This document shows positions 42,801-52,149 of a stretch of DNA of 64,000 nt, in pieces. Source of the DNA: Tubiluchus corallicola. Taxonomy: Eukaryota; Animalia; Priapulida. Under the pieces are notes generated by a model. It was given only the letters and a program-made list of their open reading frames with translations, was not told where the DNA came from and did not search any database. The stretch covers positions 372,001-436,000 of the forward strand of contig JAQGDQ010000057.1 of NCBI GenBank assembly GCA_030141605.1, given 5' to 3'. How positions within the stretch are numbered: the first letter of the stretch is position 1; the number at the start of each line of letters is the position of its first letter. The translations under genes were made by a program, and so were the position numbers.

Positions 42801-45800
42801 GACTGAAATATTTGACCTTTAAATTTGAGAAAGATATGCTTGGAAACCTAGAAATGATAAACAAGCTCTTGGTTATAAGCAATTTGTTTTACTCACTAAC
42901 TTTGACTAAAGGTTAAAAGTTTTTATGAAGTTGTTTAAATCAATATATGCCAACTAATAAGAAGCAATAATTATGAATAATGACAACAAAATAAAATGAA
43001 TTGTGTATGAAGTGTTCCCTATGCTAAGACAATAAGCTAATGGGTGCTAATAATTAATCAAATCAAAATATGAGTTATATATGGTCATACTGTTGAAACC
43101 ACACAGAACCAATTTTCTAGGCCGTAGTCAAACCAGTTACTAAGCGAGCCTGGCACTGTATAACTTCATAGTAAAGCACATACACAGTGACTACTCGGCT
43201 ATTTCCTACTCATCCTAAATAAGACCACAATTATATAGTTGAATTATGTGTGTCCAAATGTTTTTGCAAATACTTCAAGGTTTTATCAAGTATTTCTTTA
43301 GTCACTAAATCTCTATTCTAGTCAAAATTGTATGCAACATGTATGCCGTTCTGGTTAAAACTGTATGCAACATGTATGCCGTTCTGGTTAAAACTGTATG
43401 CAAGTATGCTGTTCTAGTCAAAACTGAATAGAAGTATACTATTCTAGTCAAATGCGCACAAGACCCTTTAAACCAAAATTGACAAACATGCCTCTAATAT
43501 TCCTAAAAAATAAAGATTCCACGTTTAAGACACACATCTGAAATTGTTCTGAGAATTAAACACATCTGAAATTGTTCTGAGAACTAACATTATTTTAGAC
43601 ACCTTCACTGATAAGAGATTTGAATGTTTGAAAAAAACTAGTGAAAAATTCTTCTGGTTTTCCATCATAAATCAGTTTCTCAATACAATCACGGAAACAG
43701 TCATTAGCTGTTAAAAATCTGCCACCTTGATGAATATGAAACATGAAACTTCTAAAGATAAGTGGAGAAATTTCACAACTCTGTGCACAGCAAAATCTGA
43801 AAAAGGATCAAGCAGATCTAGCCAAACAATTTACTGGCAAGTAAAAGTTGAAAGAAAAAAGTAGAGTGAAGAACACATCCACCCACAAACAACACAAAAA
43901 GTGGGGACAATTTGATAGTGGACTTGTGCAGAACAGGCTCAAGATAGTTACTAAATATGTATCTACACTGATGGCTCATTTTATTACAATGAACCACATT
44001 TTGATGCCAGGTCAAGTACAATCTTGGGTTGAGCATCAAAATGTACAGACAGTTTTTCTATAAACTTCATACAAGCATAATGTCAAACACAAATTCTGTT
44101 TTTCAAGTGTAAACGTGCTCGTAAACTGTTCCACCTGTAACAATGTAACTATTATTGTACACAAAGAACAATGCTGACTAAACTGCTACGTGACGTATTG
44201 TTTAGCAGAAGTTTAACTACAGAGACGACATTTTTTAAAAATAACTTCCTTTATTGTAATTGTTGAGGATTAACTAACTAACTAACTAACTAGAAGTAAA
44301 ATCACAGCCGAATAATGGCCAACACAGTGGTAATCTTTTAACGACTAGTCAAGTTAATTTGTTTAAGTTTTAAAAGGCTTCTGGGCAAAAATTATGTTGA
44401 CATGCAAACGATAATTTATAAAATAAGCAGCAGCAACGGCGAAACTAATTAACTTCGCTAATAAATAATACTAATAAAGAAAATTTGTAATGATATTAGG
44501 TTTTTACGAAAAAAAGTCCAAAAATTTCTTTGACATACATGATTAAAATATTTCCAACTTGCCAATGCAAGGAAAGCAATATTTTTTCAGCTAAATCTGG
44601 CTAGAAAAGGTAGATGTCTAAAAGATGTGTGGAAATAGATGGCACAATTAACAACAACAACAACAACAACAACAACAATAACAATAATAATAATAAAAAC
44701 TTCAACATCAAATTAGAGAATAGGACTATGAACCTGGCAGGTAAACAAAAAACAAATATTGTCAGTTTGACAAGATCATGAAATTTGAAGAAATGCCAAA
44801 CTGGACGGACGACTGAATGAAATGATACATCTTACAGAAGTCACGAGTGAAGAAAATATAAAAGTAAGTGCTGAAGTATACTAAATTTGTAAAAACTTTT
44901 GACAAAAATGCATTTGTCAAACGACACTTTTACCACAATAGACAAGAATGAAGGATATAAAAAAGCTGATTGGACAAACTGACAACTGCTCCATGTTTCT
45001 GTGTGGACCACAAATGAGTAATACGAAAAGAAAATCACAACTTAATGCCTAAAAGGACCTAGACTTCATGTCTATACCTTAACTATAGTTAATGTGTTAA
45101 CACAAATGAAGAAACTGTTAGAAAACAGAAAACAACACAAGCTTTTGTGTTAAACATGGCAAAAAATTGGGTATGGCAAAAAATAAAGATCAAGTTTTTT
45201 CTAAATATTATGACTACAAGAAAAAATAGAAACGTTGAGTGAAATGTAAAGATTGTGATGTTTTTCTGTCCAAAAATATTGAAAGGATTTGTTAGCCACA
45301 TTTGTTTAAAATAGTGGTGAGCTGGAAGAAGAAACATCAGGCATGATACAACTAATCATGGTTGTTTGCATGTAAAAGTAGTGCAAGGTACAAAAAAGCT
45401 TCCCAGTGTTCTAATAAAAGAGAAATGAAATAATGCTGAAATTAGGCATAGCCACCGACTCTGTCCATTCAAATATGATAACCAAACAGCAGCTTGAATC
45501 AACAAATGGCCATTGTACACAGTCAAAATTGGGCATGTTATACATACATTTGCAATGGTTTACTTACTTAACACGCACTTTAAGGATGACACAGAACTGG
45601 CCTTTTGGCACTCCATAATCTCTCATTTATCATTGAACGGACTAATCAATTCAGTTGGTATTAAACACTGATAACCTACCCAGACAACTTATTCAAATGA
45701 TGTTTTAAAATTGCTATTCTACTGAGTGCTAACAATTGTCTATTTTTTTACCAATATCATCAGCAAAGTCATAAGTTGTGTCAGCTATGCTTTCTAGCAA

Positions 45801-45929
45801 CTTCTCAACTGATAACCGTGATTCAGCATTGTAATCCTCCGGATCCTCTTGAGGGTAATAAAACTGCAAAGAAGGACTGATCTTCCGACGAGGAATCGGA
45901 CGCGAGGCCATGCGACTTCGATACGCCAT
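15683..45929 (-). CDS. AMPD: AMP deaminase (AMPD2-like), multi-exon, about 818 aa with the 45929 first exon
   Basis: Shared exons (5' to 3'): 37168-36955, 32696-32543, 32041-31837, 25993-25878, 24880-24777, 24258-24129, 23758-23621, 22259-22197, 21159-21028, 20359-20069, 18743-18580, 17571-17451, 17302-17129, 16496-16386, 15844-15683. They total 2279 nt, are all GT-AG and have consistent phases. Motifs [56 protein letters not shown] and [20 protein letters not shown] are diagnostic. Confidence 0.95.
16386..16496 (-). CDS. AMPD: AMPD exon
   Basis: [37 protein letters not shown]. Confidence 0.95.
17129..17302 (-). CDS. AMPD: AMPD exon (catalytic STDDP signature)
   Basis: [58 protein letters not shown]. 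Confidence 0.96.
17451..17571 (-). CDS. AMPD: AMPD exon (HCGE motif)
   Basis: [40 protein letters not shown]. Confidence 0.95.
18580..18743 (-). CDS. AMPD: AMPD exon
   Basis: [54 protein letters not shown]. Confidence 0.95.
18780..19560 (-). mobile_element. 5'-truncated, decayed L2 LINE 3' end inside an AMPD intron
   Basis: Minus-strand translation fragments [44 protein letters not shown] and [11 protein letters not shown] match the L2 ORF2 C-terminal pattern. An AAT-rich tail ends near 18780. Confidence 0.75.
20069..20359 (-). CDS. AMPD: AMPD exon
   Basis: [22 protein letters not shown]...[13 protein letters not shown]...PLFEAT...[10 protein letters not shown]. Confidence 0.95.
21028..21159 (-). 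CDS. AMPD: AMPD exon
   Basis: [44 protein letters not shown]. Confidence 0.96.
22197..22259 (-). CDS. AMPD: AMPD exon
   Basis: [21 protein letters not shown]; ttttcag acceptor, gtaag donor. Confidence 0.95.
22833..23220 (+). mobile_element. Dispersed repeat copy 1 (unclassified TE fragment)
   Basis: Aligns by eye, in inverted orientation, with 30828-31233. Shared blocks include gatattataagaag, gcataagttttaa, tttacagcaagt, ggtatttgg and gaattccagata. Confidence 0.75.
23621..23758 (-). CDS. AMPD: AMPD exon (zinc-binding HxH motif)
   Basis: [46 protein letters not shown]. Confidence 0.95.
23731..23858. repeat. 64 bp tandem duplication spanning the intron/exon boundary
   Basis: Copies at 23731-23794 and 23795-23858 differ at 7 positions. 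Confidence 0.95.
24129..24258 (-). CDS. AMPD: AMPD exon
   Basis: [43 protein letters not shown]. Confidence 0.95.
24777..24880 (-). CDS. AMPD: AMPD exon
   Basis: [35 protein letters not shown]; gtgagt donor. Confidence 0.92.
25878..25993 (-). CDS. AMPD: AMPD exon
   Basis: [39 protein letters not shown]; phase 1-0. Confidence 0.92.
27305..27398 (-). mobile_element. tRNA-derived SINE head or tRNA pseudogene (long variable arm, Leu/Ser-like)
   Basis: Minus strand reads gcgggtg-TAGCTGAGTGG (A box)-tgtaaagcatcagat...atctag-long arm-gcaGGTTCGAcgctctgc (B box). The acceptor stem does not pair. Confidence 0.65.
27968..28164. mobile_element. Palindromic MITE
   Basis: Left arm gtggcgtttacgtggcat..tgcgtacgcgttat..tgcggaata is an imperfect inverted copy of right arm tattccgca..ataacgcatatgca.atgccaggtaaatgttac. 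Confidence 0.7.
29042..29125 (-). CDS. AMPD: Candidate AMPD cassette exon (84 nt, phase 1-1)
   Basis: ttgctcag acceptor; open frame [28 protein letters not shown]; GT donors at 29041 and 29032 both keep phase 1, matching the host intron. Confidence 0.5.
30828..31233 (-). mobile_element. Dispersed repeat copy 2 (inverted relative to 22833-23220)
   Basis: The reverse complement aligns with copy 1 over about 400 bp. Confidence 0.75.
31837..32041 (-). CDS. AMPD: AMPD exon
   Basis: [42 protein letters not shown]...HTSTL; phase 0-1. Confidence 0.92.
32543..32696 (-). CDS. AMPD: AMPD exon
   Basis: [51 protein letters not shown]; the conserved FQRVxIxGE motif; gtaag donor. Confidence 0.9.
33581..34073. 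mobile_element. Foldback-like element with internally repetitive inverted arms, flanked by a 14 bp direct repeat
   Basis: Left arm is an array of aaaaatg(g/a)cacagga, right arm is the complementary cctgtgcc(a/g)ttttt. cattatactgaatg occurs at 33581 and 34060. Confidence 0.7.
36955..37168 (-). CDS. AMPD: AMPD first shared exon
   Basis: [70 protein letters not shown]. The SAPYEVP..PIEQ motif is typical of animal AMPD2-type N-termini. Phase 1-2. Confidence 0.88.
38880..39240. repeat. Degenerate 48 bp tandem repeat
   Basis: tcaaacactgc.acatttaaacaatgccaaagcaatgaatcca.atca recurs 3-5 times with decay. Confidence 0.75.
41669..41691. repeat. (TGC)n microsatellite
   Basis: Directly visible. Confidence 0.9.
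42010..42300 (+). mobile_element. RTE-clade LINE 3' fragment
   Basis: Fragments [12 protein letters not shown] and [10 protein letters not shown] match the RTE ORF C-terminal pattern (KLxYFGHIxR...WxDxxxxWTG). Confidence 0.65.
42397..42478 (-). CDS. AMPD: AMPD alternative first coding exon C
   Basis: aaaacATG; [27 protein letters not shown] plus 1 nt; consensus gtaagt donor in phase 1, in frame with exon 37168. Confidence 0.65.
43325..43452. repeat. Short degenerate tandem repeat (29-33 bp)
   Basis: aaaactgtatgcaacatgtatgccgttctggtt is repeated and decays to the right. Confidence 0.8.
44650..44696. repeat. (AAC)n(AAT)n microsatellite
   Basis: Directly visible. Confidence 0.9.
45752..45929 (-). 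CDS. AMPD: AMPD alternative first coding exon B
   Basis: caacATGG; [59 protein letters not shown] plus G; gtaaaa donor in phase 1; protein-like composition. Confidence 0.7.
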
Positions 45930-46218
45930 GTTGTACTAATGGTCGGATGAAACCAACAAAATGTCAGCAATGGTTCAAACTGAAACAGATGCTAGAGCGT
46001 CAAAAATGGGTTCAAAATAGAGGAAGAATAATAGTTGAACTGTGGGCAGAAGCTAAATAATACCAAGTTCAACCTGGTCAGTAAAAAGGAGACCTAACTG
46101 CCAGGAACCAGACTTCTTAATGCTTTCATCAGTCATACTGTACCCGACTATTAATCTCACTCAGTGAGACAGGATCTACACACATCAAAAACATATCTAA
46201 GATACCTCTACTGGGTCA

Positions 46219-46474
46219 ATAAGCCTTTTCACAGTTTCAATACATGCATGTGCAGTTTCTGTAGGTCAAAGGTTAAGTGTACCACAGCAACACGTCTTAA
46301 TTACCACCATTAGGTGACATGGAAGAAAAAAATAAACTAGGTAAGATTCTAGCTAGCTGTTAAAACATGTTAAAACTGTTACTATTGCATTGTACACAAA
46401 TGTGTTGTCTGGTACACTTAACCTTTGACCTTTTCATGATCATCATCAATCGCTGGAACTGTGAAAAGGCTTAT
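46219..46474. mobile_element. MITE with long imperfect terminal inverted repeats (PIF/Harbinger-like)
   Basis: taa-GCCTTTTCACAGTT ... AACTGTGAAAAGGC-tta termini, plus internal inverted block aggtcaaaggttaagtgtacca / tggtacacttaacctttgacct. Confidence 0.75.
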
Positions 46475-47921
46475 AGTTGCACTTGCTACCGTAATGCACA
46501 TTTTTATTTCCTAGCTTCATTCTGCTTATAGATCCAAATTTTGCCCCAGACATCTTAGGAATAGTTGCTAAACAATAATTAGCAGTACAAATCCCGCATC
46601 ATATCGAATCAATATGGAAAATAGCCTGGTATAGCTATCATATCCACGATACTACAAAAAAGTCATTATTGTATCGATACCACGATGTATTGCATCCAAA
46701 TCATAGATCCATGTAAGTCCATGCTACATCTATGCACATTTGAGCTTGTACTTCTTTTTTAAATAACTTTTTAATTAACTCTACCTTCTGTGAAAGGAAA
46801 TTGCTAAATTTCCACAATTCAGACAGAGATTAATTACGCAATAAAATTTTCTATAATTTAACATGTTTTTTACCAAGTCAATTTTCTATACAGTAGAAAA
46901 ACAAATGAATTTTTATCGACTTCAAAAGAATATCCCTTAGCAGAATTCTAGTATCGCTATCATATATATGGGAAAAAATATTGTATCATGTTGATATTGA
47001 TATCGTAATTTGTATCAACCAATTAGTATTGAGTAACAACACTACTAGAAAATTTTCTCAGTATACCAGTAAAATTTTACATAGTCAGATTTCCACTTTC
47101 ATAATTCATATCCATTTCAAAGTAACAACTGCTTAGGTGATTATAATACATAATTAATCAAAATAATTTATTTAAAATAGCTCTTTTAAGTCAGAGCTTG
47201 ACCAATAAGTAATTAATTTAATACAGTAATATCAGGTTTAATGTTGCTGATATCACTGCCTTTCAAATCTCTATGAAACTTGACTATAGCAGAAGTATAC
47301 TTGCCACGCTATTGTGGAAAAATTATAAGTTACAAAGCGATTAGTGGTGAAATAGTATGTCTCTATGAAAATCTTGAATTCACTTTGCGACTAACATCAT
47401 TTCAATAAGCAAAAGAATAATAATCACCAAACAAACTAATAAAAGATTATTTTAGAACACAAAATACTCACATTTTCCGCCAAACAAGGGTAAGGAAAAA
47501 ACACCAGCGATAATTTTTGTTTCAAGCCAATTTAACCATATACAGAGCAGTAACTACCTGTCAATGCACACAGCAGTTGTAATTATACAAATAAATGATA
47601 TTTAACAGGGCAATGTAGTACAATGTCCAATGATAAATCTATATGGGCCACAAACAAACACAGCTCGGATAGGCCAACCCCAATGACCTTGTCAAAAAGC
47701 AGCAGAAAGCCTCATACATAGCATCTATATCGATTAGTAAAATATTTATTATTAGCATCGATCAATAGTAACTCTAGAGCTGATTCCATATCAGTGCTCC
47801 GAGGAGCTGAATCAACATTAGGCAAGAAATATACATTTTTCCTTGAGATATCTTCATTTCTATTGCATTCCTTGAAGTCCAATAATGTAAAAAAGTATTG
47901 TCTTGTAGCATTAATCTTAAA

Positions 47922-48266
47922 AGGTCTTCAAAAACTAGTGTCATTGAACATTGTTATATTACCATTAGTTTAGGTGCCAAATCTTAATCATGTAAGAACT
48001 GAATACCAGGTCTTCAAAAACAAGTGTCATTAAACATTTTGTTATATTACCATTAGTTTAGGTGCTAAATCTTAATCATGTATGAATTGAATACCAGGTC
48101 TTCAAAAACAACTGATATTAAACATTGTTATATTACCATTAGTTTAGGTGCTAAATCTTAATCATGTATGAATTGAATATCAGGTCTTCAAAAACAATTG
48201 ACATTAAACATTGTTATATTACCATTAGTTTAGGTGCTAAATCTTAATCATGTATGAATTAAATAT
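47922..48266. repeat. Minisatellite, 4 copies of 86-88 bp
   Basis: ggtcttcaaaaac...ttgttatattaccattagtttaggtgctaaatcttaatcatgta starts at 47923, 48009, 48097 and 48183. Confidence 0.95.
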
Positions 48267-48273
48267 CTGATAA

Positions 48274-48526
48274 TGTAATAACGAAATTACGTACGAGCAC
48301 TACTAATTGTGCCAACTCTCCCCTCTGTCACATTGATTACATCCTACTTGTGACATTTGCTGTTAACATCGGTCCAGTCTGGCATTCCCTGTTGCAGTCA
48401 GCTACGCAACGTTACCACCTTTAACTGATGAGTTTATTGCTATGAAACCTCTTTACTGTTTTTAATAAAACAGTTTACTTTGGCTAAATCCGTGCAGTTC
48501 TATTGTTTCAGACTAGTGACTTTACA
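48274..48526 (+). mobile_element. Candidate solo LTR (about 253 bp)
   Basis: TGTAA...TTACA inverted termini, AATAAA at 48464, and flanks ataa/atta (imperfect 4 bp TSD). Confidence 0.45.
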
Positions 48527-49236
48527 ATTAATACAATTATAACGTGATTTTAATGATTTCATGGATTACATCTTTCAATTTAGTCACATAATTGGAGAAA
48601 ATATCAAGTCATGTAAATAAAGTGAAATAAAAGAAGATAAAAGATAGGTTAAAAAATTCAGCCAATTTGGCATTCAGTGTTGTTGAAATAAACTTCACTC
48701 TTGGTGGGCAGTTCACTCTAGGGGTGGCATTGTGAAAAAGAGTTCTGGTGGCATTGCAATCTAACCCTAAAATTCATCTCTGTAGCAATATTCTTGTGTA
48801 GATTTTTAGGACTACCATTATTAACAATTTTCGTTGCATTGGCTTACTTCAGGATATGAAATCCACTGGTTTTGAAAAAGTATGTTATATTAAATTTATA
48901 GACTGTAAATTTATTGAAAAGTAATCTTTTCAACAAGTTCTGCTTACCAAGGCAACAGGCCTTGATCATCTGTCACTGAACAGATGCTTCGACCAGGTAG
49001 CACACCGTTTGCCAGTCAGCGATGACAGTAACATGTTACAAATGTAGCTGGATCCAAAAAAATAGTTCCAAATTGTGGAACTGCAACTGTAATGAGTTAC
49101 AATTTTTAGAAGTAAACCTGTGACAGTAACTAGTTCATTAGGATACCTTAAGATGTTTTGACAAAGTAAAAATTTCTACCCTAGCCAAATCTTGTGTAAA
49201 TGTCAGACATCAAATCCTTGATTGAGGTCTTACAAT

Positions 49237-50547
49237 TGTAGGCGAGATCTATCGAAGCCCAGTGAATTTATACTATATCGTAACCCTCAATAACTATATT
49301 AAGTACACTCGCTTTGAGGCAATTAATTCCAATTAATTAATTACCCGACTACGGGAGCTTCGGTTGGGTCGATCGGGCAATGATGTGTTCCCACACGACC
49401 TCGAACCACGAAATACGCGTTGTGATGTAAATCTGTATCCCCCTAGTTTACAAGCAGGGCTCCGCAATAAGCTGTTTCAATGTGAATAACCTTGTGTAAA
49501 GATTCGTGTAACGGACAGCGTCTTTACGAGTATGCACTTACGAATTTCTCAATCTTACAGAGTAAATCGAACAAATAGGTAACAGTGATGTACAGGTTTA
49601 TTGAACGATTACTAAACATCAATTGATTGATAATGCGATTTAACAATTAACAATTTCGGTTTCTTATACGCTTGTGGCGTTTACAAATAGTGTTGATAAA
49701 TTACGGCTGAAGTATTACAGTTCCATATCAATTAAATTCATCTGCTACTTAACAATCTTCACTTTATACAAAAGTACAAGTTAATATCAATACACTCGAT
49801 CTATTTAACAATTACTGAGTAGAATGTAATGTTACTTAACTTGTGGACTGGCCAATCTTATGCGACTGAAATTGGCCAGATCCGAATTCCTATTAGAGAC
49901 GTTCTAAGCACCAGAGGTTTGGTAGATCAAACAAAGCAGAAGTATCCTCTACGCTGAGCTACAGTAACAATCTCCTACCTCAAGAATTCCTTTGCAACAG
50001 ACCTCTTGTCAAGACAGCTTCACGTCAACAGCCCGACCTCGAGCAACGACAACCGCTAAAACTCTCTTTTGAATCCAAGGTCAGATGACATGACATCTTC
50101 AGTGTCATGTACAGAGTACGATGAGTACAGAGTATACGAGTACAGAGCCACCTAACTGACCATCACCCTGACACATTCGTCGCCATTCGGACAAGTCTCT
50201 CATTGTCCTAGTCCTAATGACACATAGCCTCTCTCTAGGCTAACAGTTTAATTGGGCTAACGACATCGGTGTCTCTTTGCAATTCTGCTTACGGATAATA
50301 GCCTTTGACCAGTGGCTATTTTAACTCAGAAGTCGTATACTGTGGTACTAGGGTATGAGCGCTTATATTATCAGCTAACTGAAGCAATATAGGCTAACAG
50401 CCCTTCCAACTTTACAGAGTTCAAACTACCGTTATCTGACTTCCAAATTCTGATTATAACATAAGATTTATATGATCTTCCAACCTCTGATCCTATATGC
50501 ATTAAATTCAAGGTACAAGTTGGGTGAGTCATTATAGCTGAACGGCA
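49237..50547 (-). mobile_element. Candidate solo LTR or young insertion (about 1.3 kb)
   Basis: Non-coding block that is CpG-richer than its flanks, with TG...CA termini, caat on both sides (49233-49236, 50548-50551) and a minus-strand AATAAA at about 49597. Confidence 0.45.
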
Positions 50548-50554
50548 CAATCTT

Positions 50555-50900
50555 CGTTCAGAGTCTAATCAATTTTAATTGATCTAGATTCGAATTTCTA
50601 CTGAGTAATTCGCTATTTCAAAATAAATTCATAACAACTAGGTGCAGATACCACTTCATTTGGCAGTCTGTTCCAGGTGTTAATGATCCTCTTGAAAAGC
50701 TGCAGAGACAGCTCCAGATGATGTCGTCTTGTTGAATTTCTACCAGCCTCTGCTCGGAGATGTAGCTTGGGGCTAGCAGCAATGTCATACTTTTGGAAAA
50801 GGATTTTATACGTTTCTATCACATCACCTCTGTGCTGTCTGTAAGCTAACATAGGTAGATTCAGCCGCCTGAGTCTCTCTTCATATAGTGATCCTTTAAG
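50555..50900 (-). mobile_element. CR1-like LINE 3' fragment
   Basis: YEERLRRLNLPMLAYRQHRGDVIETYKIL ... RIINTWNRLPNEVVSAPS is the canonical CR1 ORF2 C-terminus. Confidence 0.85.
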
Positions 50901-52130
50901 TCAGTTAGGATTGTACGGTCAGGGTGTTGTTGTTGTACGATGGTTTCTGCTATGAAAGTCAGCAGTGCGACTCATTCTAGAGTAAATTTTGATGATTTCA
51001 AACCCATACCAAATATAATAACCTCATGTAACAGTTAATTTGTAAAATAGTTCGTTACATTTCTGATGCTGGAGAAGGAACTGTAACAGTAACACAATTT
51101 CGAGTACAAGTTATAGAAGAAGTCTGTCAAAAGACAAGCAGGGTTTCAACTTGTTCAATTAAAATTGGCTTTGCCGTGAAAATGAAATTGTTTCTATTGT
51201 ACCTGAAAACCTTATTGGTTTTTTAAGCAAGTTTACATACATACAATTTTTGAGTTTTAAGCGCTTCCCACATTTTTACTGAAATCATTTTAGTTCATTG
51301 GTGAACTAATTGAGATTCCCAAATCTGCCTAAACCATCTTATCAAGTATCAAGTTGCAATTTTAGTATGTTGTAGTATATCAAATGAAAGATCTCAATGG
51401 GACAAATTGAATGGCGTACAATAACCCATGACTTGGTGACCCTTGCTCCACAGAACATGGTTCAAGCTGGCAAGAACTCCGATTTTACCACAATGAAATG
51501 CATTCCAAGATAAAAAATTTTTTTAAAAATTTATAACTAGAACAATATCCGTTTCATAAACAACCCACACACAATATAATAAATTTTACTAAATTATTCT
51601 TATTAGAGAAATTCAATGTTTCTACTGTACACTAGATGTCATTGTCAGCGAAAAATCAAAAAAAAATTACACCTGACAACGACTACCACTGCGCAAATTT
51701 TTTCTAATAAAAATTTAATAAAAGTTATTATATAGCCATTGTTCATGAAACAAAAGCAATTCTTGGTAACCAAGCATGGCAAATTCAACAGAAGCAACAT
51801 TATAACTTACAAAGCCTTGACCTACATGTCACTGGTGAAAAAGTGACAAATCTGATTTTACTGAACTATTAGCCTATTACTGTTAACCACAACAAGTACT
51901 TATGTATATGTTGTTAATTAATTTGCAAATGAGTTTTATTTGTTAATACGAAGCAAAAACTGTCACTAAAACATCTCCTCATCAAGTTTTTGACATAGTC
52001 AAATGTACATTGACTTGTTACATTCAATTTTGCACATTTATTTTAATGATGGTTTGACTAAGCATCTGTTTTGGTCTCCTAGAAAATGTTTCTCTCTTAT
52101 GCCTACCAAAAGACAAAAAATAGGGCTTAC

Positions 52131-52149
52131 CTGCCTCAATAGCTTGCAT
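52131..52149 (-). CDS. AMPD: AMPD candidate alternative first coding segment A (MQAIEA)
   Basis: ATG CAA GCT ATT GAG GCA G followed by the strong donor CAG|gtaagc in phase 1, with an in-frame stop shortly upstream. The Kozak context is weak. Confidence 0.4.

Noticed and set aside
47922-48266. Regularly spaced repeats superficially like a CRISPR array (also 2893-3217)
   Set aside because: These are head-to-tail tandem units with no unique spacers, in a eukaryotic intron context with no cas genes.
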